DNA from: Ignicoccus hospitalis KIN4/I
GTDB taxonomy: Archaea; Thermoproteota; Thermoprotei_A; Sulfolobales; Ignicoccaceae
NCBI RefSeq assembly: GCF_000017945.1
Contig: NC_009776.1
Location: forward strand, 1,265,539 to 1,297,538
DNA: 32,000 nt
Direction: 5' to 3'
Shown here: positions 17,337 through 26,751 of the stretch, piece after piece
How the letters are laid out: every line of letters begins with the position of its first letter
How positions within the stretch are numbered: the stretch's first letter is position 1
Made by a program: the position numbers and the translations under genes
Notes under the pieces: model-generated
What the model saw: the letters and a program-made list of their open reading frames with translations, nothing else
Database searches by the model: none
What the model was told of the DNA's origin: nothing

Positions 17337-18334
17337 GCCAACAGCCTCCGTAGAGGCCCCAGCGGCGCCGAGTATTCAAGGATAGCCCTCCCGAGCTTGG
17401 CGAAGGCTGCCATAACCTTGTCGACGAGTGTGGCGGGCACATCTATGTTCCTAGACCTCATGAAGTAGGCAGAGGTGACCCCTGCCGCGTAAGCCACTGA
17501 AGTGAGCGGCTCCCCTAGCTTGTTCATTGAAACAGCGTAGGCCACGAAGGGGGAGATCGCCGCCATGATTTCCCTCCGGCGCCGGGGGTCTAAGGCCGTA
17601 TGCACTCTGATCGCAGTATAAGCCGCGAGGATCACCAGCATGGTGACGTAAACGTAAGCCGCCTCCTTCCCGAGAACCTTTGCCAACAGTCGCGCCGTGA
17701 GGGGAAGCTTCGACACCTCCCCGCTGACCGCGTACTCTTGAAGAAGCAACCAGTGGGGTAAGATCAAGTTTTTGAGTATGTTAATGAACGCGAAGGCCCA
17801 AGCGACAATTATGATGACTATTGATATTAGTTTATTTAGTACAGCGAGTTTGCCCTTTAGAGACGGGGGTTTTGTCATTAAACCTATGATATACATAGTG
17901 AGGGGGCCCATTAAGGCCTCTGCCGTTGCCGCCAAGGCCGCCAAGGCGGGCCAGGCGAACAAGTACCTAACGAAGCAACCCCGCTCGCTCCCGCAACCCT
18001 CTACCAAGAGGGCGCGCGCCTTTGTTGGCGAAAGCACAACTAACAACGTCTTAATCCCTTCCTTAACGTTTTGGAAGAACGCCAACACTCCCAACGCCAT
18101 TGAGACAACGAAGGCTCCCACGAAGGTAAGTGGGCCCGGCACGAATGCTATCCAGAACAGCGCCACCCCGCTTAGGACGGCAAGCCGCGCCCCCTTGCTG
18201 AGCCCCTCTAGCCACGCCCTAAGCCCGGCGAAGTACAAGTAGTCGAAGAAGAGAACTAGAGGTATAAACATAAGGAACGACGTTTCTATTATAATACCTG
18301 ATACCAAGGCTTCCACGCTCAGCTGCGAGCACAA
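17333..18334 (-). CDS. multi-spanning membrane protein, hypothetical
   Basis: 333-aa hydrophobic ORF with a 4-bp ATGA overlap with the next minus-strand gene. Confidence 0.65.
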   Translation of the reverse strand: MCSQLSVEALVSGIIIETSFLMFIPLVLFFDYLYFAGLRAWLEGLSKGARLAVLSGVALFWIAFVPGPLTFVGAFVVSMALGVLAFFQNVKEGIKTLLVVLSPTKARALLVEGCGSERGCFVRYLFAWPALAALAATAEALMGPLTMYIIGLMTKPPSLKGKLAVLNKLISIVIIIVAWAFAFINILKNLILPHWLLLQEYAVSGEVSKLPLTARLLAKVLGKEAAYVYVTMLVILAAYTAIRVHTALDPRRRREIMAAISPFVAYAVSMNKLGEPLTSVAYAAGVTSAYFMRSRNIDVPATLVDKVMAAFAKLGRAILEYSAPLGPLRRLLA

Positions 18335-18376
18335 ATCTTCACAGCGGCCGAAGCCGCTCGGCTCCCGGATTCCTCT

Positions 18377-18655
18377 TCATAGTCCCAAGCACTCTTTTGT
18401 CTCCTTTATTATTCTTTCCGCAAGCTCTTGGGTTACCAAGTCTTCGGGCGTAAGGTCGCCTCGTGGGAATATCAACTCGACGCACTCCTTGGGTGCCCTT
18501 TCAAAGGGAGCCTTTCCCCTCTTACATAAGTTCAAGGCGTGGCACGCCAACATGAACGCTTGCGCGTAGCGCCCCATAGTCATAAGTATTTCAGCAGTCC
18601 ACAAGAAGTCTTCGGCTGCCTTGATCCAAGGGTCCACTCGCTCTAACACCTCCAT
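18377..18655 (-). CDS. small helical protein, possibly HEPN-like
   Basis: VDPWIKAAEDFLWTAEILMTMGRYAQAFMLACHALNLCKRG: HEPN-like helix pattern; the family call is tentative. Confidence 0.45.
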   Translation of the reverse strand: MEVLERVDPWIKAAEDFLWTAEILMTMGRYAQAFMLACHALNLCKRGKAPFERAPKECVELIFPRGDLTPEDLVTQELAERIIKETKECLGL

Positions 18656-18706
18656 TTGGTTGCTAACATTAGGTACCCCAAAAACTCTGATCGGAGGAGT
18701 GAGGGG

Positions 18707-20065
18707 TTGGGGTACCGAGGCTACGCCTTGGGCTCACAGCCGCGCTGGCTCGCCGACTTCATTAGCTCTCTCCACTTTGACAAAGATATCTGTCCCTACG
18801 TTATAGACGTGTTAATAGTGCACATCAACGAGTTGGAGAGGAAAGGTTACGTCTCATCCGAAGACGCAAAGACCTTAAAGGAGTTGCTGGAGCAGTTCGA
18901 CTGTTCGGCCGACTTCGACGGCTACGAAGATATACACGAAGCCATAGAGTACTATTTAATTGAAAGGACCGGCGCCGCCAAGCAGATAAACCTCGGTAAG
19001 AGCCGAAACGACCAAGTTGCGACCGCCATAAGGTTAAGGGTCAGGGAGGAGCTTCTGGAGTCCGCGACCGCGCTGTACCACCTCTTAAAGGCTCTATACG
19101 CGAAGGCCAAACTCCACGAAGAAGTCTTCTTTCCGACGTTCACTCACCTACAGCCCGCCCAGCCGGCCAACTTCGGGCTCTTCTTAACCAACTTCGCTGA
19201 GGAAATAGTAGACAGTTTCGGACTATTGGAAGTCGCGTTAGAAATTACTGACAAGTGCCCCTTAGGGGCCGCGGCCGCCGCGGGAAGCACCGTAGACCTA
19301 GACCGCCGGAGGAGGTGTGAAGAGCTGTGTTTCAAAGACTTAGCATATAACACGCTTTACGCCACCACTTCGAGGGACTTCGCGCTAGTCTCTTTGGGAG
19401 CTCTAGCTAGCCTTTCGATACCCTTGCTCCGGTTCGTCGAAGACGTGTTCGTTTATGCCACCCCACCTTTCAGCTTGATAAGGGTTCCCTTGGACCACGC
19501 CGGAACCTCTTCGATAATGCCCCACAAGAAGAACCCGGCGACGCTGGAAGTGGTTAGGGCAGAGCTGTCAAAGCTCCTAGGCCATTACGTGTCCGCGTTC
19601 AGCATACTAAAGGGACTTACGTCCGGCTACAACCTAGACTTACAACAACTCACGCCGCTCTTGTGGCAAGCCTTCAAGACCTTTAGGAAATCAGTAATAG
19701 TGATAACAGACTTCTTGTGGAAGATGGAAGTCAACGAGGAAAGGGCGAAGGAATTCTTGAGGTACCCGCTGCTCGCGGCCGACCTCGCCGAGTACCTAGT
19801 CAAGAACAAAGGATTGACCTTCAGAGACGCTTACGCAACTGTTGCTAGGGCCTTGAAGGAGCACAACGACGACCTAGCGAGGGCCGCGGAGGGGCTCGTG
19901 GGGGACGAGTGGAAGGTAGTTGAGAAGGGAGCTTTGACCTTTAGGAAGGCTCCCGGGGCGCCCGGCAACTTAGGTCCCGTGTTCGTCAAGATAGAACGTG
20001 CTATGTCGAGGATAGCGCGCCTCGTCGTGGTCAGAGAGGAGCTACGGCAGTGTCCTAACTCTTAA
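18707..20065 (+). CDS. argH: argininosuccinate lyase
   Basis: DYEDIHEAIEYYLIERTGAAKQINLGKSRNDQVATAIRLRVREEL..FTHLQPAQP..PLGAAAAAGSTV..GTSSIMPHKKNPATLEVVRAE. ORF opens at 18656; TTG 18707 preceded by GGAGG is more plausible. Confidence 0.9.
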   Translation: MGYRGYALGSQPRWLADFISSLHFDKDICPYVIDVLIVHINELERKGYVSSEDAKTLKELLEQFDCSADFDGYEDIHEAIEYYLIERTGAAKQINLGKSRNDQVATAIRLRVREELLESATALYHLLKALYAKAKLHEEVFFPTFTHLQPAQPANFGLFLTNFAEEIVDSFGLLEVALEITDKCPLGAAAAAGSTVDLDRRRRCEELCFKDLAYNTLYATTSRDFALVSLGALASLSIPLLRFVEDVFVYATPPFSLIRVPLDHAGTSSIMPHKKNPATLEVVRAELSKLLGHYVSAFSILKGLTSGYNLDLQQLTPLLWQAFKTFRKSVIVITDFLWKMEVNEERAKEFLRYPLLAADLAEYLVKNKGLTFRDAYATVARALKEHNDDLARAAEGLVGDEWKVVEKGALTFRKAPGAPGNLGPVFVKIERAMSRIARLVVVREELRQCPNS

Positions 20066-20074
20066 CTTCGCCTT

Positions 20075-22264
20075 TTGGCTCTGCTCCCGGTAAGAGTCTT
20101 GGCGAAGGAACTCCGACTGAGGGTCGCTGAGGCAAAACAGAGGGACGTCGGGAGAAAGATCGCTAGGATCAGTAGGAAGAATATGAGGGAGTTGGACGTA
20201 GTCACTGGAGACTTCGTCGAAGTAGAGGGTCCTAAGGGCAGCATAGTACTCCAAGTCTGGCCCGCCTACCCCCAAGACGAAGATAAGGACATAATCAGGA
20301 TGGACGGCTACGCGAGGAACCAGATAGGCGTCAGCGTGGGAGATTACGTGACCGTAAGGAAGACTAAGGTAGAAGAAGCTACCAGAGTGGTGTTGGCCCC
20401 CACCGAGCCCTTGGAGTTCGGCCCCGACTTCGTCGACTACGTAAAGAGGATATTAATGGGCAAGCCCCTAATGAGGGGAGAGAAGGTACAGATACCGTTC
20501 TTCGGGAGCACCATAGAACTGATAGTCACCGCCACCCAGCCCAGCCCGAGAGTTTACGTAACTGACAAAACCGAGATCGAGATAAGCAAGAAGCCGGTCA
20601 AGGAGGAAGCCGTCAGGGGCGTGCCTAAGGTAACTTGGGAGGACATAGGCGACCTCGAGGAGGCTAAGGAAAGGCTGAGGGAGATAGTCGAGCTGCCCAT
20701 GAAACACCCGGAGATCTTCAGGCATTTGGGCATCGAGCCCCCGAAGGGAGTGCTCCTCTACGGTCCCCCCGGCACCGGTAAGACCATGTTGGCCAAGGCC
20801 CTAGCCAACGAGATAGGCGCATACTTCATAGCGATAAATGGACCAGAAATAATGAGCAAGTACTACGGCGAGAGCGAGCAGAGGCTTAGGGAGATCTTCG
20901 AGGAGGCGCGCAAGAACGCTCCGAGCATAATATTCATAGACGAGATAGACGCAATTGCCCCCAAGAGGGAGGAGGTAACCGGAGAGGTCGAGAAGAGGGT
21001 CGTCGCTCAGTTGTTGACCTTGATGGACGGCCTCCAAGAGAGGGGCAGGGTTGTGGTAATAGGTGCGACCAACAGGCCGGACGCCATAGACCCCGCCCTC
21101 AGGAGGCCCGGGAGGTTTGATAGAGAAATAGAGATCCCGCCGCCGGACAAGAGGGCTAGGAAGGCCATCTTAGAAGTTCACACGAGGAACGTCCCCCTGG
21201 CCGAGGACGTAGATCTAGACCGGATAGCGGAGATGACCCACGGTTACACCGGAGCGGACTTGGCGGCGTTAGTAAAAGAGGCCGCAATGAACGCGCTGAG
21301 GAGGTTCTTCAAAGAGAAAGGAATAGACTTGACCAAGGTTGAGAAGGTGCCGGCGAGCGAACTGGAGAAGCTGAAGGTGACCTTCCGCGACTTCCTCGCC
21401 GCCATGAAGGTTGTGCAACCGACGCTCATGAGAGAGGTTTACATAGAGGTGCCAGAGGTACACTGGGAAGACATAGGCGGCCTCGAGGACGTGAAGCAAC
21501 AGCTGAAGGAGGCCGTCGTCTGGCCGCTGAAGCACCCCGAGTTCTTCACCGAGATGGGCATAGAGCCGCCGAAGGGGATACTCCTCTTCGGTCCTCCCGG
21601 CACCGGTAAGACCTTGCTCGCCAAGGCGGCTGCCACGGAGAGCCAAGCGAACTTCATAGCGGTCAGGGGACCGGAGATCTTGAGCAAGTGGGTAGGCGAG
21701 AGCGAGAAGGCGATAAGGGAGATCTTCCGCAAGGCCAGGCAAGCGGCCCCGACCATAGTGTTCTTCGACGAGATAGACAGCATCGCGGCCAGGAGGGGCA
21801 AAGACGTAAGCGGCGTGATAGACAGAATAGTCAACCAGCTGCTAACCGAGATGGACGGCATAGAGCCGCTCCAGAGGGTTACGGTAATAGCCGCGACCAA
21901 CAGGCCAGACCTCTTGGACCCTGCGCTGCTGAGGCCCGGGAGGTTCGACAGGCTGATCTACGTCCCGCCGCCAGATAAGAAGGCGAGGTTGGAGATATTC
22001 AAGGTCCACACCAGAAGGATGCCGCTGGCGGACGACGTGGACTTGGAGAAGTTGGCGGACATGACCCAAGGCTACACTGGCGCCGACATAGCGGCGCTCT
22101 GCAGGGAAGCGGCGTTGATCGCCTTAAGGGAGAACATGAAGCCGGTCCCAGTAACCATGAAGCACTTCGAGAGGGCGATGAAGGCGGTAAGGCCAAGCTT
22201 GAAGAGAGAAGACATACTGAGGTACGAGAGGTTGGCAGAAGAGGTGAAGAGGAGCGCTATCTAA
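20075..22264 (+). CDS. CDC48/VCP (VAT) family AAA+ ATPase with two AAA domains
   Basis: N-domain plus duplicated Walker A/B: [41 protein letters not shown] and [42 protein letters not shown]. Confidence 0.97.
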   Translation: MALLPVRVLAKELRLRVAEAKQRDVGRKIARISRKNMRELDVVTGDFVEVEGPKGSIVLQVWPAYPQDEDKDIIRMDGYARNQIGVSVGDYVTVRKTKVEEATRVVLAPTEPLEFGPDFVDYVKRILMGKPLMRGEKVQIPFFGSTIELIVTATQPSPRVYVTDKTEIEISKKPVKEEAVRGVPKVTWEDIGDLEEAKERLREIVELPMKHPEIFRHLGIEPPKGVLLYGPPGTGKTMLAKALANEIGAYFIAINGPEIMSKYYGESEQRLREIFEEARKNAPSIIFIDEIDAIAPKREEVTGEVEKRVVAQLLTLMDGLQERGRVVVIGATNRPDAIDPALRRPGRFDREIEIPPPDKRARKAILEVHTRNVPLAEDVDLDRIAEMTHGYTGADLAALVKEAAMNALRRFFKEKGIDLTKVEKVPASELEKLKVTFRDFLAAMKVVQPTLMREVYIEVPEVHWEDIGGLEDVKQQLKEAVVWPLKHPEFFTEMGIEPPKGILLFGPPGTGKTLLAKAAATESQANFIAVRGPEILSKWVGESEKAIREIFRKARQAAPTIVFFDEIDSIAARRGKDVSGVIDRIVNQLLTEMDGIEPLQRVTVIAATNRPDLLDPALLRPGRFDRLIYVPPPDKKARLEIFKVHTRRMPLADDVDLEKLADMTQGYTGADIAALCREAALIALRENMKPVPVTMKHFERAMKAVRPSLKREDILRYERLAEEVKRSAI

Positions 22265-22647
22265 GCTCCTCTTTTACAAGGCGGATTGTTGGGATCATCT
22301 ACCTTTATTTTCAGCTTCAAGCACATTTTGGTCAACTCCGAGTAGAATATGCACTCGTGGCACGTCCGGGCCTCCTCAGGTTTCTTAAAACCTCCGGCGG
22401 GCGGTGGCGCCTCTTCCCTAACTGGCTCTCGACGCGGGGGCGCTTCTTCTGCTTCCTTCCTCGTCTCAGCGACCTCGGCCTTCTCCTCCTTCGCTCCCGC
22501 GTACTGCCGATATATCGGACACTTCTGATAGTGGTCGGAAGTACAAGGGTACTTGAGCGGCGACACCTTCTTGTTTATTAGCTTACAGAAGACGGCGAAA
22601 CCCTTCTTTTCGCCATAAGGACACTTGACCGTCAACTTCGGGCCCAT
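22261..22647 (-). CDS. Cys-rich small protein with CPY...CPIY motif, unknown function
   Basis: [47 protein letters not shown]...[35 protein letters not shown]; minus-strand TATA (CTTTATAA at 22668-22675) about 25 nt upstream of ATG 22647. Confidence 0.7.
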   Translation of the reverse strand: MGPKLTVKCPYGEKKGFAVFCKLINKKVSPLKYPCTSDHYQKCPIYRQYAGAKEEKAEVAETRKEAEEAPPRREPVREEAPPPAGGFKKPEEARTCHECIFYSELTKMCLKLKIKVDDPNNPPCKRGA

Positions 22648-22723
22648 TAGGTATCCTTTAGCACAAATTATAAAGAGAACAGTAAGTACCGTTGAGCCTA
22701 TTAACTAAAAAGTCCAGGGACGC

Positions 22724-23785
22724 GTGGGCTTACAACGGCGCGGAAGATTGTTAAGAGCTGACGTAGTGTCGACGATATTAGAACGGTTGAGGAAGGCCGG
22801 TTATCACATAGTCGGCTCGCACAGCGCAGTAAAGAAGTGCCACTGGACTCACGTAGCCTTGACCGAGAGGAGGTTCTGTTATAAGTGTAAGTTCTACGGC
22901 ATCGCTTCCCATCGCTGTCTACAAATGACCCCGGCCGTCATATGGTGCTGGCTCCGCTGCTTGCACTGCTGGAGGGCCGAGCCCGGAGACTTGGGCCTCC
23001 AGTGGGACGACACCAAGCTCCCCACAGTGGACGACCCGGCCTTCATAGCTGAGAAGAGCATCGAGGAGCAGAGGAAGATAATCAGCGGCTACAAGGGCCA
23101 TCCCAAGGTAGATCCGAAGATGTTCGAAGAAGCGATGAACCCGAAACACGTAGCCATAAGCTTATCTGGAGAACCTACGCTATACCCGAGGCTCTCAGAA
23201 CTCATCGAAGAGTATTACAAGAGGGGCATGACCACGTTCTTAGTAACCCACGGCGTGAGGCCCGACGCCTTGGCTGAGCTGGACCCGGAGCCCACGCAGC
23301 TATACCTAAGCTTGGAAGCTTGGGACGAGAAGAGCTTCAAGGAGTTCAACCGTCCGGTACTGCCGGGTCTGTGGAGCGCGGTGCTTCAGAGCTTAGACAT
23401 CTTGCCGAGCTTCTCCTCCCCAACAGTAATTAGAATAACCTTGGTAAAGGGCTTTAATGACCACGAGAGGGCGTTAGAGGGCTTGGCCAAGCTGGTGGAG
23501 AGGGGCTACCCGACGTACGTGGAAGTTAAGGCCTACATGAACGTGGGCTACTCTAGGTACAGGCTCACGAAGGAGAACATGCCCACCCACGCGGAGGTTA
23601 GGAGCTTCGCGGAGAGGTTGGCAGAGAAAATAGGATACGACGTCGTCGACGAACAGAGGTCCAGCAGGGTTGTCCTCTTGTCTAGAATCGGGAAGCCGAT
23701 AAGGGTCGGCGAGGGCTGTCCCGGCGGGAAAGCCGGGGAGCTGCCGGAGGGTACAGAGTACGAGCTCAGCGAGCGCGTGAAATGA
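22724..23785 (+). CDS. taw1: tRNA 4-demethylwyosine synthase (TYW1), radical SAM
   Basis: CYKCKFYGIASHRCLQMTPAVIWCWLRCLHCWRAEPGD...HVAISLSGEPTLYPRLSELIEEYYKRGMTTFLVTHGVRPDAL...PTQLYLSLEAWD: TYW1 signature. Confidence 0.95.
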   Translation: MGLQRRGRLLRADVVSTILERLRKAGYHIVGSHSAVKKCHWTHVALTERRFCYKCKFYGIASHRCLQMTPAVIWCWLRCLHCWRAEPGDLGLQWDDTKLPTVDDPAFIAEKSIEEQRKIISGYKGHPKVDPKMFEEAMNPKHVAISLSGEPTLYPRLSELIEEYYKRGMTTFLVTHGVRPDALAELDPEPTQLYLSLEAWDEKSFKEFNRPVLPGLWSAVLQSLDILPSFSSPTVIRITLVKGFNDHERALEGLAKLVERGYPTYVEVKAYMNVGYSRYRLTKENMPTHAEVRSFAERLAEKIGYDVVDEQRSSRVVLLSRIGKPIRVGEGCPGGKAGELPEGTEYELSERVK

Positions 23786-23814
23786 TTTATTAGCTTCATA
23801 GAGTGCTCACCGAG

Positions 23815-23890
23815 GGCCCCGTGGCCTAGCCTGGACTAGGGCGCCGGCCTGCGGAGCCGGAGGTCCCGGGTTCAAATCCCGGCGGGGCCG
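23815..23890 (+). tRNA. tRNA-Arg (anticodon GCG); CCA encoded at 23891-23893
   Basis: GGCCCCGTGGCCTAGCCTGGACTAGGGCGCCGGCCTGCGGAGCCGGAGGTCCCGGGTTCAAATCCCGGCGGGGCCG; anticodon loop CTGCGGA; TTTATTAG at 23786-23793. Confidence 0.95.
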
Positions 23891-24004
23891 CCACGACCAG
23901 ACAATTACGAGTTGTCCGCCACACGAGGGCCCCACACACCCGCCCGCGAAGCGTGTACCGTGTTTCACATGATACATTTAAGTTGGTTGTTAGAAAGGGG
24001 TATC

Positions 24005-24085
24005 AAAGCCTTCTTGTAAACGAAACTTTTGTGTGCGGTAACATTATCTTTAAGGCTTTACTCGAGGAGCACAACCGTTTACAAG
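24005..24085. repeat. nested inverted repeats in AT-rich intergenic island
   Basis: AAAGCCTT (24005-24012) / AAGGCTTT (24052-24059) and CTTGTAAACG (24013-24022) / CGTTTACAAG (24076-24085), all perfect complements. Confidence 0.7.
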
Positions 24086-24181
24086 TCTCGAATCTGCGCT
24101 ATAACCGACAGCAACGAGTTTACAAAGGGGGACTTAGAAATACAAAAATATTGATAGAGAGGTAGATGATTGAGACGTAAC

Positions 24182-25156
24182 TCATCCTAATGAGGGAAGA
24201 GTCTCGTTGCCTACTCCCCCTTCCTTAACGTTCCGTTTTTCGTGTACAGGTTCATGCGCGGGAGCGCCGGGGCTCGAAGCTAAGGTGTAGAACTCCACTT
24301 TCCCCTTTTCTGCTATTGCTATCACTCCCCTAGACCAAGAGAGCGCCGTCGGCTTCCCTTTGAGGTCCTTCTGGACCAACGCCTCGCCGTTGAGGTCATA
24401 TACCGTTAACTCGCCCTCTTGCGCAACTGCCACCTTAGAGCAGAAATCGTCGAAGGCGACGAAGGTCGGCCCGCGGGTCTCCTTTTCTATTATTTTTCCC
24501 CGTTCTATCGAGCCCACGACGAAGCCTCCTTCCTTAGAGATCGCTAGGAGCTTTCCACATGTATCAATCGACAGGACGACCTCGCCGTAGTCCCCGCTGT
24601 CCACGACGTCCCCTTTAAGCGTCAGAGAGTACAACTTGCCTTTCATGTCCCCAAAGATCACTTCGGCTCGTTCTTGGAGGGGGCTGAAAACGATTTTCAG
24701 CGCCAACGGCATCACTCCGTTCAGTCCTTTGTAACCCCAAATCAGTTCGGCTTTTTCGTTTACAATGTCTAAATGAAACATTCCTATGTTAAAGTCTGCA
24801 AGCGCTGCGAAAGGCCCAATCACGTCTATTGCACCTGTAAAGTCCTCGTCCACTTGCACAGAAGCCAGAGGCCGTAAGTTCATAGAAAGAGCGTGCACGA
24901 AGCCCTTAGTTGTAACGTAGATTATGGAACCGCTTACGTCCATTCCGTATATTTCCTCTCCTAAATCGTACTCGCCCAAGAGGGCGCCTCTTAGGTCGCT
25001 AGTGTATACCTTCCCTTGGTAAGTTGCTATGACAGAGTAACCCTTGCCTATGAATACTTTTATCGGGGTACCGTCCACCTCAACCGTCCCGAGTGAGGTC
25101 AGGTTGAGCGAGAAGGTCAACAGGCTCAAAGTCAGTAAAACCAGTAAGTGTTTCAC
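24182..25156 (-). CDS. secreted beta-propeller-like hypothetical protein
   Basis: Signal peptide MKHLLVLLTLSLLTFSLNLTS, then repeated blades of the type GKVYTSDLRGALLGEYDLGEEIYGMDVSGSIIYVTTKGFVHALS, GKLYSLTLKGDVVDSG, GELTVYDLNGEALVQKDL. Confidence 0.65.
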   Translation of the reverse strand: MKHLLVLLTLSLLTFSLNLTSLGTVEVDGTPIKVFIGKGYSVIATYQGKVYTSDLRGALLGEYDLGEEIYGMDVSGSIIYVTTKGFVHALSMNLRPLASVQVDEDFTGAIDVIGPFAALADFNIGMFHLDIVNEKAELIWGYKGLNGVMPLALKIVFSPLQERAEVIFGDMKGKLYSLTLKGDVVDSGDYGEVVLSIDTCGKLLAISKEGGFVVGSIERGKIIEKETRGPTFVAFDDFCSKVAVAQEGELTVYDLNGEALVQKDLKGKPTALSWSRGVIAIAEKGKVEFYTLASSPGAPAHEPVHEKRNVKEGGVGNETLPSLG

Positions 25157-25252
25157 TACTTGTGGCCTCCGTCAGTTCAAGCTACGAACTTAGTCCTAAA
25201 AAGGGCAAGCCTAACCGGTTAGTTTCCTAACTGCTATAGAAGGGCCTTTGGT

Positions 25253-25327
25253 GCGGCGGCCGGGATTTGAACCCGGGATCACCGGCTTGGAAGGCCGGCA
25301 TCCTAGTCCAGGCTAGACGACCGCCGC
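25253..25327 (-). tRNA. tRNA-Gly (anticodon TCC); CCA encoded at 25250-25252
   Basis: Reverse strand GCGGCGGTCGTCTAGCCTGGACTAGGATGCCGGCCTTCCAAGCCGGTGATCCCGGGTTCAAATCCCGGCCGCCGCA; anticodon loop CTTCCAA; minus TATA TTTATAAG at 25351-25358. Confidence 0.95.
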
Positions 25328-25359
25328 CCGGGGGGCGCTTAACGGAACCTCTTATAAAC

Positions 25360-26721
25360 TTATGGCACCAAGCGCTTCATATCCCTCGGGAAGGTGCTGG
25401 CGAGCCTCACGTTGGGTATCCCAGCTACCGGGACCATTAGCCTTTGGAGTCCCATTCCCCAACCGGCGTGCGGGGGCATCCCGTAGTCGTACCACTTTAA
25501 GTACCATTCGAAGTTAGCCGGGTTCAAGCCTCTCTTCTTTAACTCCTCCTCTAGCTCGTTCCTTCTGTGAATTCTCGTACTCCCGCTGGAGATCTCTAGG
25601 TGACGCCAGTTCAAGTCGAAGCTCTCGCTCAAGTCTACCTCCTTCCCGCCTATGACCTCCTTGCCTCCCCTCTTTGTGTAGAAAGGCCTCACGTCGGCGG
25701 GCCAGTCGGTTATGAAATAGAAGCCCCCAGAGGTCTTGCCCTCCCTTTCCAACGCCTCGCTCAACTTCCTCAGCTCGGGCGTGCCGAAGTCCTCTCCCGG
25801 CTCCACTTCCACGCCCTCAGCCTTCAATATTTCCCAAGCCTCCTTGTAGGTTATTCGAGGTATTGGGAGGTTCACCTCAGGGGGCTCGTGGCCCAATACC
25901 TCCAACCACTTCCTACCCTCATTCTTAACGCTGTCAATTACCCTCTTCACGACGTTTTCTAAGACTTTCATCACGTCGTTGTAGTCCGCGAACGCCATTT
26001 CTACGTCAACAGAAATGAACTCCGCTAGGTGGTAGGGGGTGTCGCTCTCCTCGTGACGCCACGCGGGAGCTATTTCGAAAACGTACTCCAGCGAGGAGGT
26101 CAGCAGCTCTTTGTAGAGCTGGGGGCTTTGGGCTAAGTAAGCCGTCTTGCCAAAGTAGAAGACCGGGACCAGTTGGGCCCCGCCTTCGGTTCCGGAGGCT
26201 ATTATCTTAGGGGTGAACACCTCGACGAAGTTTAAACTGTACAAGTATTCTCTTATAGCCTTGGCGCTCAGTGAGACCAGCCTCAACACCGCTTGGCTCT
26301 CGGGCCTCCTGAGGTCGATCGGCCTGTTGGCCAGCCTGGTGTCGATGTGTGCGTCGACCTTGCCCGATACGTCTAAGGGCAAGGGACTCTTGGCTTCGTT
26401 TAGAACTTCTATTTCCTCCCCGCTGAGTTCCACGCCTCTTGGGGCCCTGGGGTCCCTCCTAACTACGCCGACCACCATAACTACGCTCTCCGGCGGGATC
26501 TTGCTCACTTTTTTGATTAGTTCCTTATACCTCTTCTTCTCCTCCTCGCTGACGTCCTTCGGGACCCTGAAAGTAACTTGTATCGTGCCGCTGAAGTCTC
26601 GCAGAATTAGGAAAGCTAGCTTGCCGATGCTTCTGACCGCGTGAACCCAGCCGGCCACCCTTACGCGCCGGCCTTCCATCTCAGGGGTTATCTCGGCCAC
26701 GAGCAAGTCCCTGTACTTCAT
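25360..26721 (-). CDS. aspS: aspartyl-tRNA synthetase, archaeal type
   Basis: RVAGWVHAVRSIGKLAFLILRDFSGTIQVTF, FVEVFTPKIIASGTEGGAQLVPVFYFGKTAYLAQSPQLYKE, AWRHEESDTPYHLAEFISVDVEMAFAD, GWGMGLQRLMVPVAGIPNVRLASTFPRD. Confidence 0.95.
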   Translation of the reverse strand: MKYRDLLVAEITPEMEGRRVRVAGWVHAVRSIGKLAFLILRDFSGTIQVTFRVPKDVSEEEKKRYKELIKKVSKIPPESVVMVVGVVRRDPRAPRGVELSGEEIEVLNEAKSPLPLDVSGKVDAHIDTRLANRPIDLRRPESQAVLRLVSLSAKAIREYLYSLNFVEVFTPKIIASGTEGGAQLVPVFYFGKTAYLAQSPQLYKELLTSSLEYVFEIAPAWRHEESDTPYHLAEFISVDVEMAFADYNDVMKVLENVVKRVIDSVKNEGRKWLEVLGHEPPEVNLPIPRITYKEAWEILKAEGVEVEPGEDFGTPELRKLSEALEREGKTSGGFYFITDWPADVRPFYTKRGGKEVIGGKEVDLSESFDLNWRHLEISSGSTRIHRRNELEEELKKRGLNPANFEWYLKWYDYGMPPHAGWGMGLQRLMVPVAGIPNVRLASTFPRDMKRLVP

Positions 26722-26751
26722 CTGAGCACCGCGAGGAGTGCGCCTAGCTTT

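Noticed and set aside
20042-20275. 77-aa and 60-aa minus-strand ORFs at the start of CDC48
   Set aside because: Shadows of the CDC48 N-domain; no supporting motif.
21269-21900. 157-aa and 153-aa minus-strand ORFs inside CDC48
   Set aside because: Antisense to the well-conserved second AAA domain; arise from high GC codon usage.
23953-24165. 70-aa ORF in the AT-rich island
   Set aside because: No family signature, unusual codons and an internal TATA-like element; treated as part of a non-coding or relic region rather than a gene.
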